In this document: positions 25,702 through 33,119 of the stretch, piece after piece
Position numbering within the stretch: position 1 is the stretch's first letter
How the letters are laid out: every line of letters begins with the position of its first letter
From: Spirochaetales bacterium
GTDB lineage: Bacteria > Spirochaetota > Spirochaetia > DSM-27196 > PWMO01
Length of the DNA: 33,119 nt
Assembly: GCA_007130025.1 (NCBI GenBank)
Contig: SLTF01000025.1
Coordinates: 1 to 33,119, forward strand
Reading direction: 5' to 3'
Made by a program: the position numbers and the translations under genes
The notes under the pieces: generated by a model
What the model was told of the DNA's origin: nothing
What the model saw: the letters and a program-made list of their open reading frames with translations, nothing else
The model's database searches: none

Positions 25702-26325
25702 TTAGGTGACCGGCTCGCCCTGCCGGTGCATGATGGTCTTTCCAATCCAGACGATAAGCCCGATCAGGAAGAATGCGCTCGGGGGCATGACCATGATGGT
25801 CCACGGGGTGAACCCTTCGGGAAAGATCCGCACACCGAAGAGGCTGCCGAATCCCAGCAGCTCCCGAACAAAGGCGATGACGAGCAGCACGCCCATATAC
25901 CCCAGCCCGGACGTCATGCCGTCCCAGAAGGAGAGAATCGGTCGGTTGCTCTGCGCGAACGCCTCGGCACGCCCCATGATGATGCAGTTGGTGATGATGA
26001 GGCCGACGTAGGGCCCCAGGTTGCGGCTTACCTCGGGCAGGTAGGCGCGCAACACAATGTCCACAATGATCACGTAGAACGCGATGATCAGGGTCTGCAC
26101 CACCATTCGCACCTTGCGCGGAATAAAACTCTTCATCAGCGAGACCGTCAGACTTGACATCGCCGTGGTGAAGACCACGCCAAGGGTCATGATCATCGTG
26201 TTGGTCAGGAGGTTGGTCACGGCCAAGGCCGAACAGATCCCAAGCACCTGCACAAATATTGGATTCGACGTCCAGAGATTGGTCTTCAGGATCGCACCGG
26301 GATCCTTGACCGCGGTATCGCTCAT
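25702..26325 (-). CDS. nqrD: Na+-NQR subunit D-type
   Basis: 207 aa. NPIFVQVLGICSALAVT and GLIITNCIIMGRAEAFA are NqrD signatures. GGAGGTG SD. ATGA overlap with nqrC. Confidence 0.9.
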   Translation of the reverse strand: MSDTAVKDPGAILKTNLWTSNPIFVQVLGICSALAVTNLLTNTMIMTLGVVFTTAMSSLTVSLMKSFIPRKVRMVVQTLIIAFYVIIVDIVLRAYLPEVSRNLGPYVGLIITNCIIMGRAEAFAQSNRPILSFWDGMTSGLGYMGVLLVIAFVRELLGFGSLFGVRIFPEGFTPWTIMVMPPSAFFLIGLIVWIGKTIMHRQGEPVT

Positions 26326-26921
26326 GCTTCACCTCCGAGCGCGCTGCGAAGATCACGCAGTGTCTGGTTGAGTATTCGATCCATCGACATCGAGGTTCCG
26401 GTGGCCCCGGTGATGGCATCGGCTTTGCCGTCTTCGCCTTCGGTGTTTCCGTCGCGGATCAGTTGCACCCCGCCGTCAACCAGCCGAAGCCCGCGGAACT
26501 GTCGCTGAAACCACGGTTCGTCGATCCGGCCACCGAGGCCGGGAGTCTCATTGTGGTCGATGATGTCGAGGCCGATGATTGTCTCTACGTCGGCGTCCAC
26601 AGCCAACGTTATGTTGATGGGGCCCCAGAGGCCGGCGCCGCCGAAGATGCCCGCGTAGCGCGTCTCGCCGTCTTTGGTCAAGCGAAAGAGTTCGATGCCG
26701 TTTCGCGTGACCGTCTCGATCTCGGCGAATCGTTCAAGCACTTCCTCATCGTCGTTGAACTCAATGGTGAGCGCTCGCAGGACGGCCCGTTTCGTGCGGA
26801 GCTCCTGGTTTAACTGCACCTGCTCCCGAGTGGCCTGATGCGTTATCGAGAGCAGAAAGACAAACGCAAAACAGACAACGAATGAGAAGACAATCGTATA
26901 GCCAAGGCTCTGCTTGTTCAT
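26322..26921 (-). CDS. nqrC: Na+-NQR subunit C / RnfG-type FMN-binding subunit
   Basis: 199 aa. N-terminal TM anchor, HNETPGLG, and the flavinylation motif DAITGATGTS. AAGGAG SD. ATGA overlap with nqrB. Confidence 0.85.
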   Translation of the reverse strand: MNKQSLGYTIVFSFVVCFAFVFLLSITHQATREQVQLNQELRTKRAVLRALTIEFNDDEEVLERFAEIETVTRNGIELFRLTKDGETRYAGIFGGAGLWGPINITLAVDADVETIIGLDIIDHNETPGLGGRIDEPWFQRQFRGLRLVDGGVQLIRDGNTEGEDGKADAITGATGTSMSMDRILNQTLRDLRSALGGEA

Positions 26922-27901
26922 GCCTTCACTCCTTCGGCAACCGCGGGGGCGGGCGCCGCCTTCTTTTTCTTCTTGGTAACGAGGTCATCGAGCAGGGAGG
27001 CAAATACGTTTCCAATCAGCACCCCGAAGCTCGTCCCTTCCGGAAACCCCGCAAGGTTTCTGATGACAATGGAGACCGAGCCGATGAGGATCCCGTAGAG
27101 CCATTGTGCGGCCGGCTTGTTGGGCGCGCTCACCGGGTCGGTCGACATGAACACCGCCACAAACAGGATGCTGCCGGAGAGAATGGCGTACTCAGGTGGG
27201 TAGTTTGGCGACATGCCGGAGTAATAGAGGGCGGTCATCAAGCCTCCGGCTCCGATCAGCGTTCCGAGGATCAGCCGCCACTGCGCGGTCTTGGTGACTA
27301 CCAGATAAATTCCGGCAAGGATAATGAGCACGGCCGAGGTTTCCCCCATGGATCCGCCGGTAAACCCGAGCAGTACGTCCATCAAGGCCGGCACCTCCCC
27401 GCGGTCAAGAAGGGCAAGCGGGGTGCCCGCGGACACCGCGTCAATTCCGGCTTGGCCGATGGTGCCGAACGCGCCGGGGCGCATGAATCCGTTGGCGAAG
27501 ATGGCTGGAAACGAGATCCATACGAAGATTCTCGCCGAGATCGCGGGGTTAAAGATGTTCCGACCGAAGCCGCCGTATACTTCCTTCGCGAAAAAAACGC
27601 CGAAAATGATGCCCACTGCCGCAATCCAGAGTGGGATGGCCGGCGGGAGGATGAGCACGAAGAGCATGCAGGTTACCAGAACCGCTTCGCTCACTTTCTT
27701 ACCGCGGGTCTTCTCCACCAGGTACTCGGTGAGGATGCCCAAGGGAAAGATTACCGCACTCAGCGCCAGTACCCGCCACCCGTAGTTGTACAGGGAGAAC
27801 AGATAAATCGGAACGAGCGAGTAGATCACCTTGCGCATGATGGGCTGTTTGATGAACAGGTCTTTGTACACGATGCCTCCCTGAAAAGAAATCTGTTTCA
27901 T
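26918..27901 (-). CDS. nqrB: Na+-NQR subunit B / RnfD-type membrane subunit (short form, 327 aa)
   Basis: KQPIMRKVIYSLVPIYLFSLYNYG, FNPA, GIDAVSAGTPL, GGSMGETSAVLIILAG, STDPVS. These are NqrB/RnfD family hallmarks. There is no clear SD, and an internal ATG (MRKV) is an alternative start. Confidence 0.85.
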   Translation of the reverse strand: MKQISFQGGIVYKDLFIKQPIMRKVIYSLVPIYLFSLYNYGWRVLALSAVIFPLGILTEYLVEKTRGKKVSEAVLVTCMLFVLILPPAIPLWIAAVGIIFGVFFAKEVYGGFGRNIFNPAISARIFVWISFPAIFANGFMRPGAFGTIGQAGIDAVSAGTPLALLDRGEVPALMDVLLGFTGGSMGETSAVLIILAGIYLVVTKTAQWRLILGTLIGAGGLMTALYYSGMSPNYPPEYAILSGSILFVAVFMSTDPVSAPNKPAAQWLYGILIGSVSIVIRNLAGFPEGTSFGVLIGNVFASLLDDLVTKKKKKAAPAPAVAEGVKA

Positions 27902-27931
27902 CTATATAGATACTATTTTATCCTATTGGGG

Positions 27932-27937
27932 ATTATA
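27932..27937 (-). promoter_or_regulatory. consensus -10 box (TATAAT) upstream of nqrB
   Basis: The minus strand reads TTAGTATAATCCCC, 30 nt upstream of the nqrB ATG in the AT-rich intergenic region. The -35 at 17-nt spacing (TGTACT) is weak. Confidence 0.3.
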
Positions 27938-28044
27938 CTAACTCGATACATAAAAGTACAGATATTCGGTGAAGATCGCGGAAAAATTATCGAGTAAAAT
28001 AGTCAGAAAAGCACCGAGAAGTCGGTTTCCCGGTGAAGTATGGC

Positions 28045-28072
28045 TTGAAAAAAACCGGCAAATGGTTACATT
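28045..28072 (+). promoter_or_regulatory. putative sigma70-type promoter of the PNPOx-pdh unit
   Basis: TTGAAA (28045-28050), 16-nt spacer, TACATT (28067-28072). This would give a leader of about 108 nt containing the hairpin CTCGCGC-CGTATT-GCGCGAG (28131-28150). Confidence 0.3.
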
Positions 28073-28187
28073 AGACGCATACCGTGTCGGAACGGGAGCA
28101 TTCTTTCCCATCTCCACCTGGTTTCACTCATTCTCGCGCCGTATTGCGCGCGAGCACGTGCTACGGATCTCGCTCAAGGAGGGCAAG

Positions 28188-28628
28188 ATGGACATCAACG
28201 CGATGTTCGATGTGTTGGAACGACTCATTGATAAATCGAAGGTTGCCGTACTGGCGAACATGGATGCGCAAGCCACCCCCCGGCTTCGCTGGATGACCCC
28301 CGCGCTGATCCGCGGCAGGGACGGCTTTCTCTACGCACTGACGGCGCCCGATTTCGCCAAGACGGCTCAGCTGAAGCAGCATCCGGAAGTCGAGTGGATG
28401 ATCCAGGGCCCCGGTCTTCAGGAAATCCTGCGAGTCCGCGGCAAGGCCCTCCTGGTGGATAACCCGGCGTTGAAAGCCGATGTGCTCGAAGCACTCGGAG
28501 GCCGGCTCGGGACGTTCTGGAAGAAAAACCCCGATCCATCGAACATGGTGGTTCTGGAAACGGTGATCGAAGAGTGCTGTTACTCCAAGCCGATGACCGA
28601 CGAATCCTTCACTGCTACGGTACGCTGA
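28188..28628 (+). CDS. pyridoxamine 5'-phosphate oxidase-family (general stress protein 26-like) protein
   Basis: 146 aa from the ATG at 28188, with AAGGAGGG 4 nt upstream. Pattern: VAVLANMD..ATPRLRWM......DGFLYALT....KT.QL..HPEVEWMI......ILRVRGKALLVDNP. The 219-aa track ORF is an upstream extension across the promoter region. Confidence 0.7.
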   Translation: MDINAMFDVLERLIDKSKVAVLANMDAQATPRLRWMTPALIRGRDGFLYALTAPDFAKTAQLKQHPEVEWMIQGPGLQEILRVRGKALLVDNPALKADVLEALGGRLGTFWKKNPDPSNMVVLETVIEECCYSKPMTDESFTATVR

Positions 28629-28644
28629 CTCAAGGAGACCCCTG

Positions 28645-29649
28645 ATGGCAAAAAACCAGGAATCATCGAAGAAATCGGAATCCCCGCAGAAGTACGACAA
28701 GAAGTTTCTCACCGGGCTGCTCGTCGACATGCTGAATATCCGCCGGTTTGAAGAAAAAGCCGCACAGATGTACGGGCTGAAGAAGATCGGCGGATTCTGT
28801 CACCTGTACAACGGTCAGGAGGCGGTTGCCGTTGGTTCGGTTGCAGCCCTCGATCTGAAGCGAGACTATATCCTTACCTCGTACCGCGACCACGGACACG
28901 CCCTCGCGGTTGGAATGAGCGCCGACTCCGTCATGGCCGAGCTCTTCGGCAAGATCACCGGCTGCTCGCGAGGGAAGGGCGGATCAATGCACATGTTTGA
29001 CGCAGAGCGACACATGCTCGGCGGAAACGGCATCGTAGGCGCCCAGATCCCGATTGCAACCGGCGTCGCGTTTGCCTCCAAGTACAAGGGTACCGACGGC
29101 GTCACGCTCTGTTATTTTGGTGATGGAGCGATTCACCAGGGTGCGTTCCACGAGTCGCTCAACCTGGCCGCGGTGTGGAAGCTGCCCGCGATCTACATCG
29201 TCGAGAACAACAACTTTGGCATGGGTACCGCCGTGCGTCGCGTCTCGTCGGTGGACGATTTCTCGGTCAAGGCGGCCGGGTATGACATCCCCGGCAAGGT
29301 GGTCAACGGAATGGATGTGCTGTCGCTCTACGAGGACCTGAAAGAGGTCATCGCCGACGCGCGCAAGAACAGCCGACCGTGGCTGCTCGACGTGAAAACC
29401 TACCGGTACAAGGGCCACTCGATGAGCGACCCCGCCAAGTACCGGACCAAGGAAGAGCTCGAGAAGTACAAAGAGCAGGATCCCATCCTGCTGCTCAAGG
29501 CGCGCATGCTCAAGGACAAGCAGATTACCGAAGACGAGTTCAAGAAACTCGATGACGAGGCGAAGAAGATCGCCCAGGCGTCCGTAGACTTTGCTGAGAA
29601 GAGCGAAGAGCCGGCGCTTGAGACCATGTACGAAGACATCTACGCGTAA
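28645..29649 (+). CDS. pdhA: pyruvate dehydrogenase E1 component alpha subunit (heterotetrameric type)
   Basis: GFCHLYNGQEAVAVG, YRDHGHALAVG, GKGGSMHMFD, the TPP motif GDGAIHQGAFHESLNLAAVWKLPAIYIVENNNFGMGT, and YRYKGHSMSDP. Confidence 0.92.
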   Translation: MAKNQESSKKSESPQKYDKKFLTGLLVDMLNIRRFEEKAAQMYGLKKIGGFCHLYNGQEAVAVGSVAALDLKRDYILTSYRDHGHALAVGMSADSVMAELFGKITGCSRGKGGSMHMFDAERHMLGGNGIVGAQIPIATGVAFASKYKGTDGVTLCYFGDGAIHQGAFHESLNLAAVWKLPAIYIVENNNFGMGTAVRRVSSVDDFSVKAAGYDIPGKVVNGMDVLSLYEDLKEVIADARKNSRPWLLDVKTYRYKGHSMSDPAKYRTKEELEKYKEQDPILLLKARMLKDKQITEDEFKKLDDEAKKIAQASVDFAEKSEEPALETMYEDIYA

Positions 29650-29670
29650 GAGAAGGAGTGGAGGCCCAAT

Positions 29671-30651
29671 ATGGCTGAGATTGCAATTCGGGACGCCCTG
29701 AGACAGGCGCTCGAAGAAGAGATGAACCGGGACGAAACCGTCTTTCTCATGGGCGAAGAGGTAGGCGAATACAACGGCGCCTATAAGGTATCCCGTGGTC
29801 TTCTTGACACGTTTGGTCCCAAGCGGGTGCTCGACACCCCGATCGCGGAACTTGGGTTCACCGGACTGGGCGTGGGGGCGGCCATCGCCGGTCTGCGGCC
29901 GGTGGTGGAGTGGATGACCTTCAACTTCGCCCTGCTCGCCCTTGACCAGGTGATCAACAACGCCGCCAAGATGCGGCACATGTCGGGCGGACAGCTCAAG
30001 TGCCCCATTGTCTTCCGTGGCCCCAACGGACCCGCTGAGTTTCTCTCGTCGCAGCACTCGCAGGCGTTTCAGAGTTTCCTGGTGCACGTACCGGGGCTCA
30101 AGGTTGTAGCTCCTGCCACCGCCTACGACGCGAAGGGTCTTCTCAAAAGCGCCATCCGGGACGACAACCCGGTGGTGATGCTGGAGTCCGAGATGGCCTA
30201 CGGCTGGACCGGAGAGGTGCCCGACGAAGAGTACCTCGTTCCGATCGGAAAGGCAGACATCAAGCGCGAAGGAAGCGACGTCACCTTGATTGTCCATTCC
30301 AAGCCGCTGAAGATGGCGCTGGAGGCGGCCGATGAGCTCGCCAAGCAGGACATCCACGCGGAGGTCCTGGACCTTCGCTCGCTGCGTCCGCTGGACGAAG
30401 AAGCGATCTATGAGAGTGTTCGCAAGACCCACCGCTGCGTGGTGATCGATGAGTCGTGGCCAATGGCGAGCGTGGGCTCGCACGTCGCGTGGCTGGTGTC
30501 CAAAAACTGCTTTGACGAACTGGACGCCCAGGTTGAGCTGGTCGCGTCGGAAGACGTTCCCATGCCCTACAACCACCGGCTGGAGCTGGCCGTGCAACCG
30601 TCGGTTGAGAAGATCATCAAGGCGGTCAAGACCGTTCTCTACATCAAATAG
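29671..30651 (+). CDS. pdhB: pyruvate dehydrogenase E1 component beta subunit
   Basis: IRDALRQALEEEM..DE.VFLMGEEVGEYNGAYKVS.GL...FG..RV.DTPI.E.GF.G.GVGAA. A typical E1-beta. Confidence 0.92.
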   Translation: MAEIAIRDALRQALEEEMNRDETVFLMGEEVGEYNGAYKVSRGLLDTFGPKRVLDTPIAELGFTGLGVGAAIAGLRPVVEWMTFNFALLALDQVINNAAKMRHMSGGQLKCPIVFRGPNGPAEFLSSQHSQAFQSFLVHVPGLKVVAPATAYDAKGLLKSAIRDDNPVVMLESEMAYGWTGEVPDEEYLVPIGKADIKREGSDVTLIVHSKPLKMALEAADELAKQDIHAEVLDLRSLRPLDEEAIYESVRKTHRCVVIDESWPMASVGSHVAWLVSKNCFDELDAQVELVASEDVPMPYNHRLELAVQPSVEKIIKAVKTVLYIK

Positions 30652-30661
30652 GAGGGAGACA

Positions 30662-31984
30662 ATGGCGGAACAGATTCTGATGACGGCGCTCTCTCCCACC
30701 ATGGATGAGGGAACGCTGGTTGCGTGGAAGAAAAAAGAGGGCGACACGGTCAATTCCGGTGACGTGCTCTGTGAGGTAGAAACCGATAAGGCCACCATGG
30801 ACTACGAGTCCACCCAGGAAGGGGTGCTGCTCAAGATCGTCCTGCCGGAGGGCAAGTCCGCGACGGTTGGGCAGGTGATTGGCATCATCGGTGAGAAGGG
30901 CGAAGACTACGACGATCTGATGCCGTCGGCCGATTCCGGCGCGAAGGCAAAAAGCGATGCAAAGTCCGACGCCGGGCAGAAAGATGAAGGCCCTTCCAGG
31001 GATTCAGCCGCTGCCAAAGACACCGCCGAAGACACCGCCGAAGACACCGCCAAAGAGAGCAGCAGCGACGCGAAGAAACCCGATTCCGCATCGGGTGGTA
31101 CCTCTTCCGGCGCCGCCGCGAGTGGGTCGACCGATGGCTTCATCAAGGCGTCGCCCCTGGCGCGCAAGATCGCGCAGATGAAGAACATCGATCTCTCGCA
31201 GGTGAACGGAAGCGGTCCCGACGGCCGCATCGTGAAGCGCGACGTGGAAGAGTTCCAGCCGCAGGCCGGCGCTGCGTCGGGACGTACCGCCTCACAGCCG
31301 GCGGGCGACCAGAAGATCCCGGTGAGTGGCCGCCGCGCCGTGATCGCAAAACGGCTCGCGGAGAGCAAGTTCCAGGCGCCACACTATTACGTAAAAACGT
31401 CGGTCAACATGGAGCAGGTCATCGCGGCGCGAACCGCGCTGAACCGGGAGCTTCCGCAGAAGGCGGGATTCAACGCCTTCATCGTCAAGTTTGTGGCCGA
31501 GGCGCTGAAGCGTCACCCGGTGGTGAACTCATCGTGGCAGGGAGATCACATCCTGCAGTTTGGCAGCATCGACATCGGGCTTGCGGTTGACGCGGGCAAC
31601 GGGCTCATTACCCCGATCATCCGCAACTGCGGAAACCGCGGCGTGACCGACATCGACAACGAGCTCAAGGTGCTGATCGAGAAGGCGCAGAACAACGCGC
31701 TCAAACCCGAGGAGTACACCGGCGCAACCTTTACCATCAGCAACCTCGGGTCCTTCGGGATCGAAGAGTTCACCGCCATCATCAACCCGCCGGGGGCGGC
31801 GATCCTTGCGGTCGGAGAGACAGTCAAGACACCGGTGGTCAACGACGCCGACGAGGTAGTGGTCAAGCCGATGATGAAGCTCAGCCTCTCCAGCGATCAC
31901 CGTGTAATCGACGGGGCCGCCGCTGCGCACTTCATGCACGAGCTCAAACTGATGATGGAGAACCCGGCGCGGGTGCTCTTCTAA
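30662..31984 (+). CDS. pdhC: dihydrolipoamide acetyltransferase E2 (one lipoyl domain, E3-binding domain, catalytic domain)
   Basis: Start at the ATG at 30662 (MAEQILMTALSPTMDEGTLVAWKKKEGD...VETDKATMDYES). PSBD: ASPLARKIAQMKNIDLSQVNGSGPDGRIVKRDV. Catalytic: LSLSSDHRVIDGA. The track ORF start at 30449 lies inside pdhB. Confidence 0.92.
   Translation: MAEQILMTALSPTMDEGTLVAWKKKEGDTVNSGDVLCEVETDKATMDYESTQEGVLLKIVLPEGKSATVGQVIGIIGEKGEDYDDLMPSADSGAKAKSDAKSDAGQKDEGPSRDSAAAKDTAEDTAEDTAKESSSDAKKPDSASGGTSSGAAASGSTDGFIKASPLARKIAQMKNIDLSQVNGSGPDGRIVKRDVEEFQPQAGAASGRTASQPAGDQKIPVSGRRAVIAKRLAESKFQAPHYYVKTSVNMEQVIAARTALNRELPQKAGFNAFIVKFVAEALKRHPVVNSSWQGDHILQFGSIDIGLAVDAGNGLITPIIRNCGNRGVTDIDNELKVLIEKAQNNALKPEEYTGATFTISNLGSFGIEEFTAIINPPGAAILAVGETVKTPVVNDADEVVVKPMMKLSLSSDHRVIDGAAAAHFMHELKLMMENPARVLF
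31019..31054 (+). repeat. 3 x 12-nt tandem repeat in the E2 inter-domain linker
   Basis: GACACCGCCGAA GACACCGCCGAA GACACCGCCAAA encodes DTAE-DTAE-DTAK within the Ala/Ser/Asp/Lys-rich linker. Confidence 0.8.
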
Positions 31985-32001
31985 GAGAAACGGAGAAGAC
32001 C

Positions 32002-33119
32002 ATGGCATCATACGACTACGACCTTCTGGTAATTGGGGCGGGACCCGGCGGCTACGTTGGGGCGATCCGCGCCTCCCAGCTGGGACTGAAAGCGGCAATT
32101 GTAGAAAAAGATAAGCCGGGAGGCGTCTGCCTCAACGTGGGATGTATTCCCTCCAAGGCGCTCATTCATCAGGCCGAGCTCTACCACTCGATTCACGCGC
32201 TGGAAGCGATGGGAATCGCGGTGGACAGGAAGGGTTTCAGCTACCAGACGGTCTTCAAGAAGTCCCGCGAAGCCGCCGACCGCCTTTCTCGCGGGGTACA
32301 GTCGCTCATCAAGAAGAACAAGATCGAACTGATCGCCGGCGAGGCCAAGCTCACCGGCGCACACGAGGTCAGCGTTGGGGGGAAGAAGATCAGCGCGAAG
32401 TACGTGATGATCGCCACCGGGTCGCGGCCCAAGGAGATTCCCGGCTACGAGTTTGACGAAGAGCTGGTGCTCTCGTCCACCGGCGCACTGATGCTGGAGA
32501 AGCTGCCCAAGGAACTGCTCATTCTTGGTGCCGGCTACATCGGGATGGAGTTTGCCCACGTGATGAGCACCTTTGGCGTGAAGGTAACCGTTGTCGAGAT
32601 GCTCGATCAGATTCTCCCGCTGTCGGACAAAGAGGCGGTGGAGGTGTTGTACAAGGACTTTCACAAGCGGGGAATCGTGATGATGACCGGTACCAGGGCG
32701 ACCGGCCTCAAGAAAGGGAAGTCCGGCGTCGAGCTCTCGATCGAAACCAAGGACGGCAAGAAGGAGACCCTCAAGGCGGACAAGCTGCTGGTTGCGGTAG
32801 GGCGCAGCCCCAACACCGAGGGGCTCGGGCTGGAAAGCGTTGGCGTCAAGACCGAGAAGGGCTACATCACCGTTGGCGATTATTATCGCACCAGCGTGGA
32901 GAGCGTCTTCGCCGTGGGTGACTGCGTGCCGTCGCTCGCTCTTGCGCACGTTGCGTCCAAGGAAGCCGAAATCGCCGTGGAGCACATGGCCGGCAAGCAC
33001 CCCGAGAAGCGGCTGCCTGTGGAGCTTGTTCCGGCGGCCATCTACACCGAACCGCAGCTGGCGAGCTTTGGCCCCACCGAAGCCGAGCTGAAAGAAAAGA
33101 AGACCGCGTACGAGAAGGC
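32002..33119 (+). CDS. lpdA: dihydrolipoyl dehydrogenase E3 (partial, 3' end leaves the window)
   Basis: Own translation from the ATG at 32002: MASYDYDLLVIGAGPGGYVGAIRASQLGLKAAIVEKDKPGGVCLNVGCIPSKALI... This contains the FAD GxGxxG motif and the redox-active CLNVGCIPSK disulfide. It is open to the window end and absent from the ORF track. Confidence 0.93.
   Translation, partial: MASYDYDLLVIGAGPGGYVGAIRASQLGLKAAIVEKDKPGGVCLNVGCIPSKALIHQAELYHSIHALEAMGIAVDRKGFSYQTVFKKSREAADRLSRGVQSLIKKNKIELIAGEAKLTGAHEVSVGGKKISAKYVMIATGSRPKEIPGYEFDEELVLSSTGALMLEKLPKELLILGAGYIGMEFAHVMSTFGVKVTVVEMLDQILPLSDKEAVEVLYKDFHKRGIVMMTGTRATGLKKGKSGVELSIETKDGKKETLKADKLLVAVGRSPNTEGLGLESVGVKTEKGYITVGDYYRTSVESVFAVGDCVPSLALAHVASKEAEIAVEHMAGKHPEKRLPVELVPAAIYTEPQLASFGPTEAELKEKKTAYEK

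Noticed and set aside
23544-25709. 721-aa ORF on the plus strand, the longest in the track
   Set aside because: It is antisense to the 154-aa ORF, nqrF and nqrE. The translation is D/H/G/R/V-rich with no TM or catalytic motifs, while the minus-strand genes carry canonical Nqr motifs and strong SD sequences.
27969-28187. N-terminal 73 residues of the 219-aa track ORF (GTG at 27969)
   Set aside because: The extension crosses the AT-rich promoter region and has atypical composition. A strong SD (AAGGAGGG) precedes the internal ATG at 28188, where PNPOx-family similarity begins.
27902-28187. Possible riboswitch (TPP, Na+/Li+-type) or Rex operator in the nqr/pdh intergenic region
   Set aside because: I could not find the conserved TPP core (CUGAGA ... 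ACCUGAUCUGGAUAAUGCCAGCG-like) or a TTGTGAA-N-TTCACAA palindrome. I do not remember the Na+ riboswitch consensus well enough to test it by eye, so this is left as an open check under findings.
28984-33000. 604-aa (28984..30798) and 330-aa (32008..33000) ORFs on the minus strand
   Set aside because: They are antisense to pdhA/pdhB and lpd respectively, all of which are unmistakable. They are shadow frames.

Overview
This is a high-GC, tightly packed bacterial chromosomal window with about 37 protein genes and 5 tRNAs. I found no CRISPR array, transposase, integrase or phage genes, so it reads as core genome rather than an accessory island.

Gene order, left to right:
- tig (partial), with an array of five tRNAs (His-Arg-Lys-Leu-Gly) upstream of it on the minus strand; the array has its own terminator.
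- A RarA AAA+ ATPase fused to a C-terminal domain of about 280 aa with unknown function.
- A coiled-coil protein, msrB, a stand-alone Lon N-terminal domain protein, xthA and an ABC-F ATPase.
- Three consecutive exported or lipoprotein genes of unknown function, two small membrane proteins and a TIGR02757-like protein.
- An eight-gene Mrp/Mbh-type cation/proton antiporter module with only one large antiporter subunit.
- Rubredoxin, then aroC and aroK, which are co-oriented with a secreted protein and a REC-PAS-GGDEF-EAL regulator.
- An nqrBCDEF operon plus an unknown 154-aa gene.
- A PNPOx-like gene followed by pdhA, pdhB, pdhC and lpd (partial).

The RarA/unknown-domain fusion and the overall gene content suggest Spirochaetota. 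That is inference only.

The most unusual item is the Na+-NQR-type operon. It has visible boundaries, no nqrA, an N-terminally short NqrB, and an uncharacterised soluble ORF where apbE/nqrM usually sit. Secondary items:
- A DUF4040-soluble domain fusion inside the Mrp module.
- RarA N-terminal conservation upstream of the only canonical start codon.
- The trio of exported proteins of unknown function.

The long ORFs antisense to real genes are treated as high-GC shadow frames.
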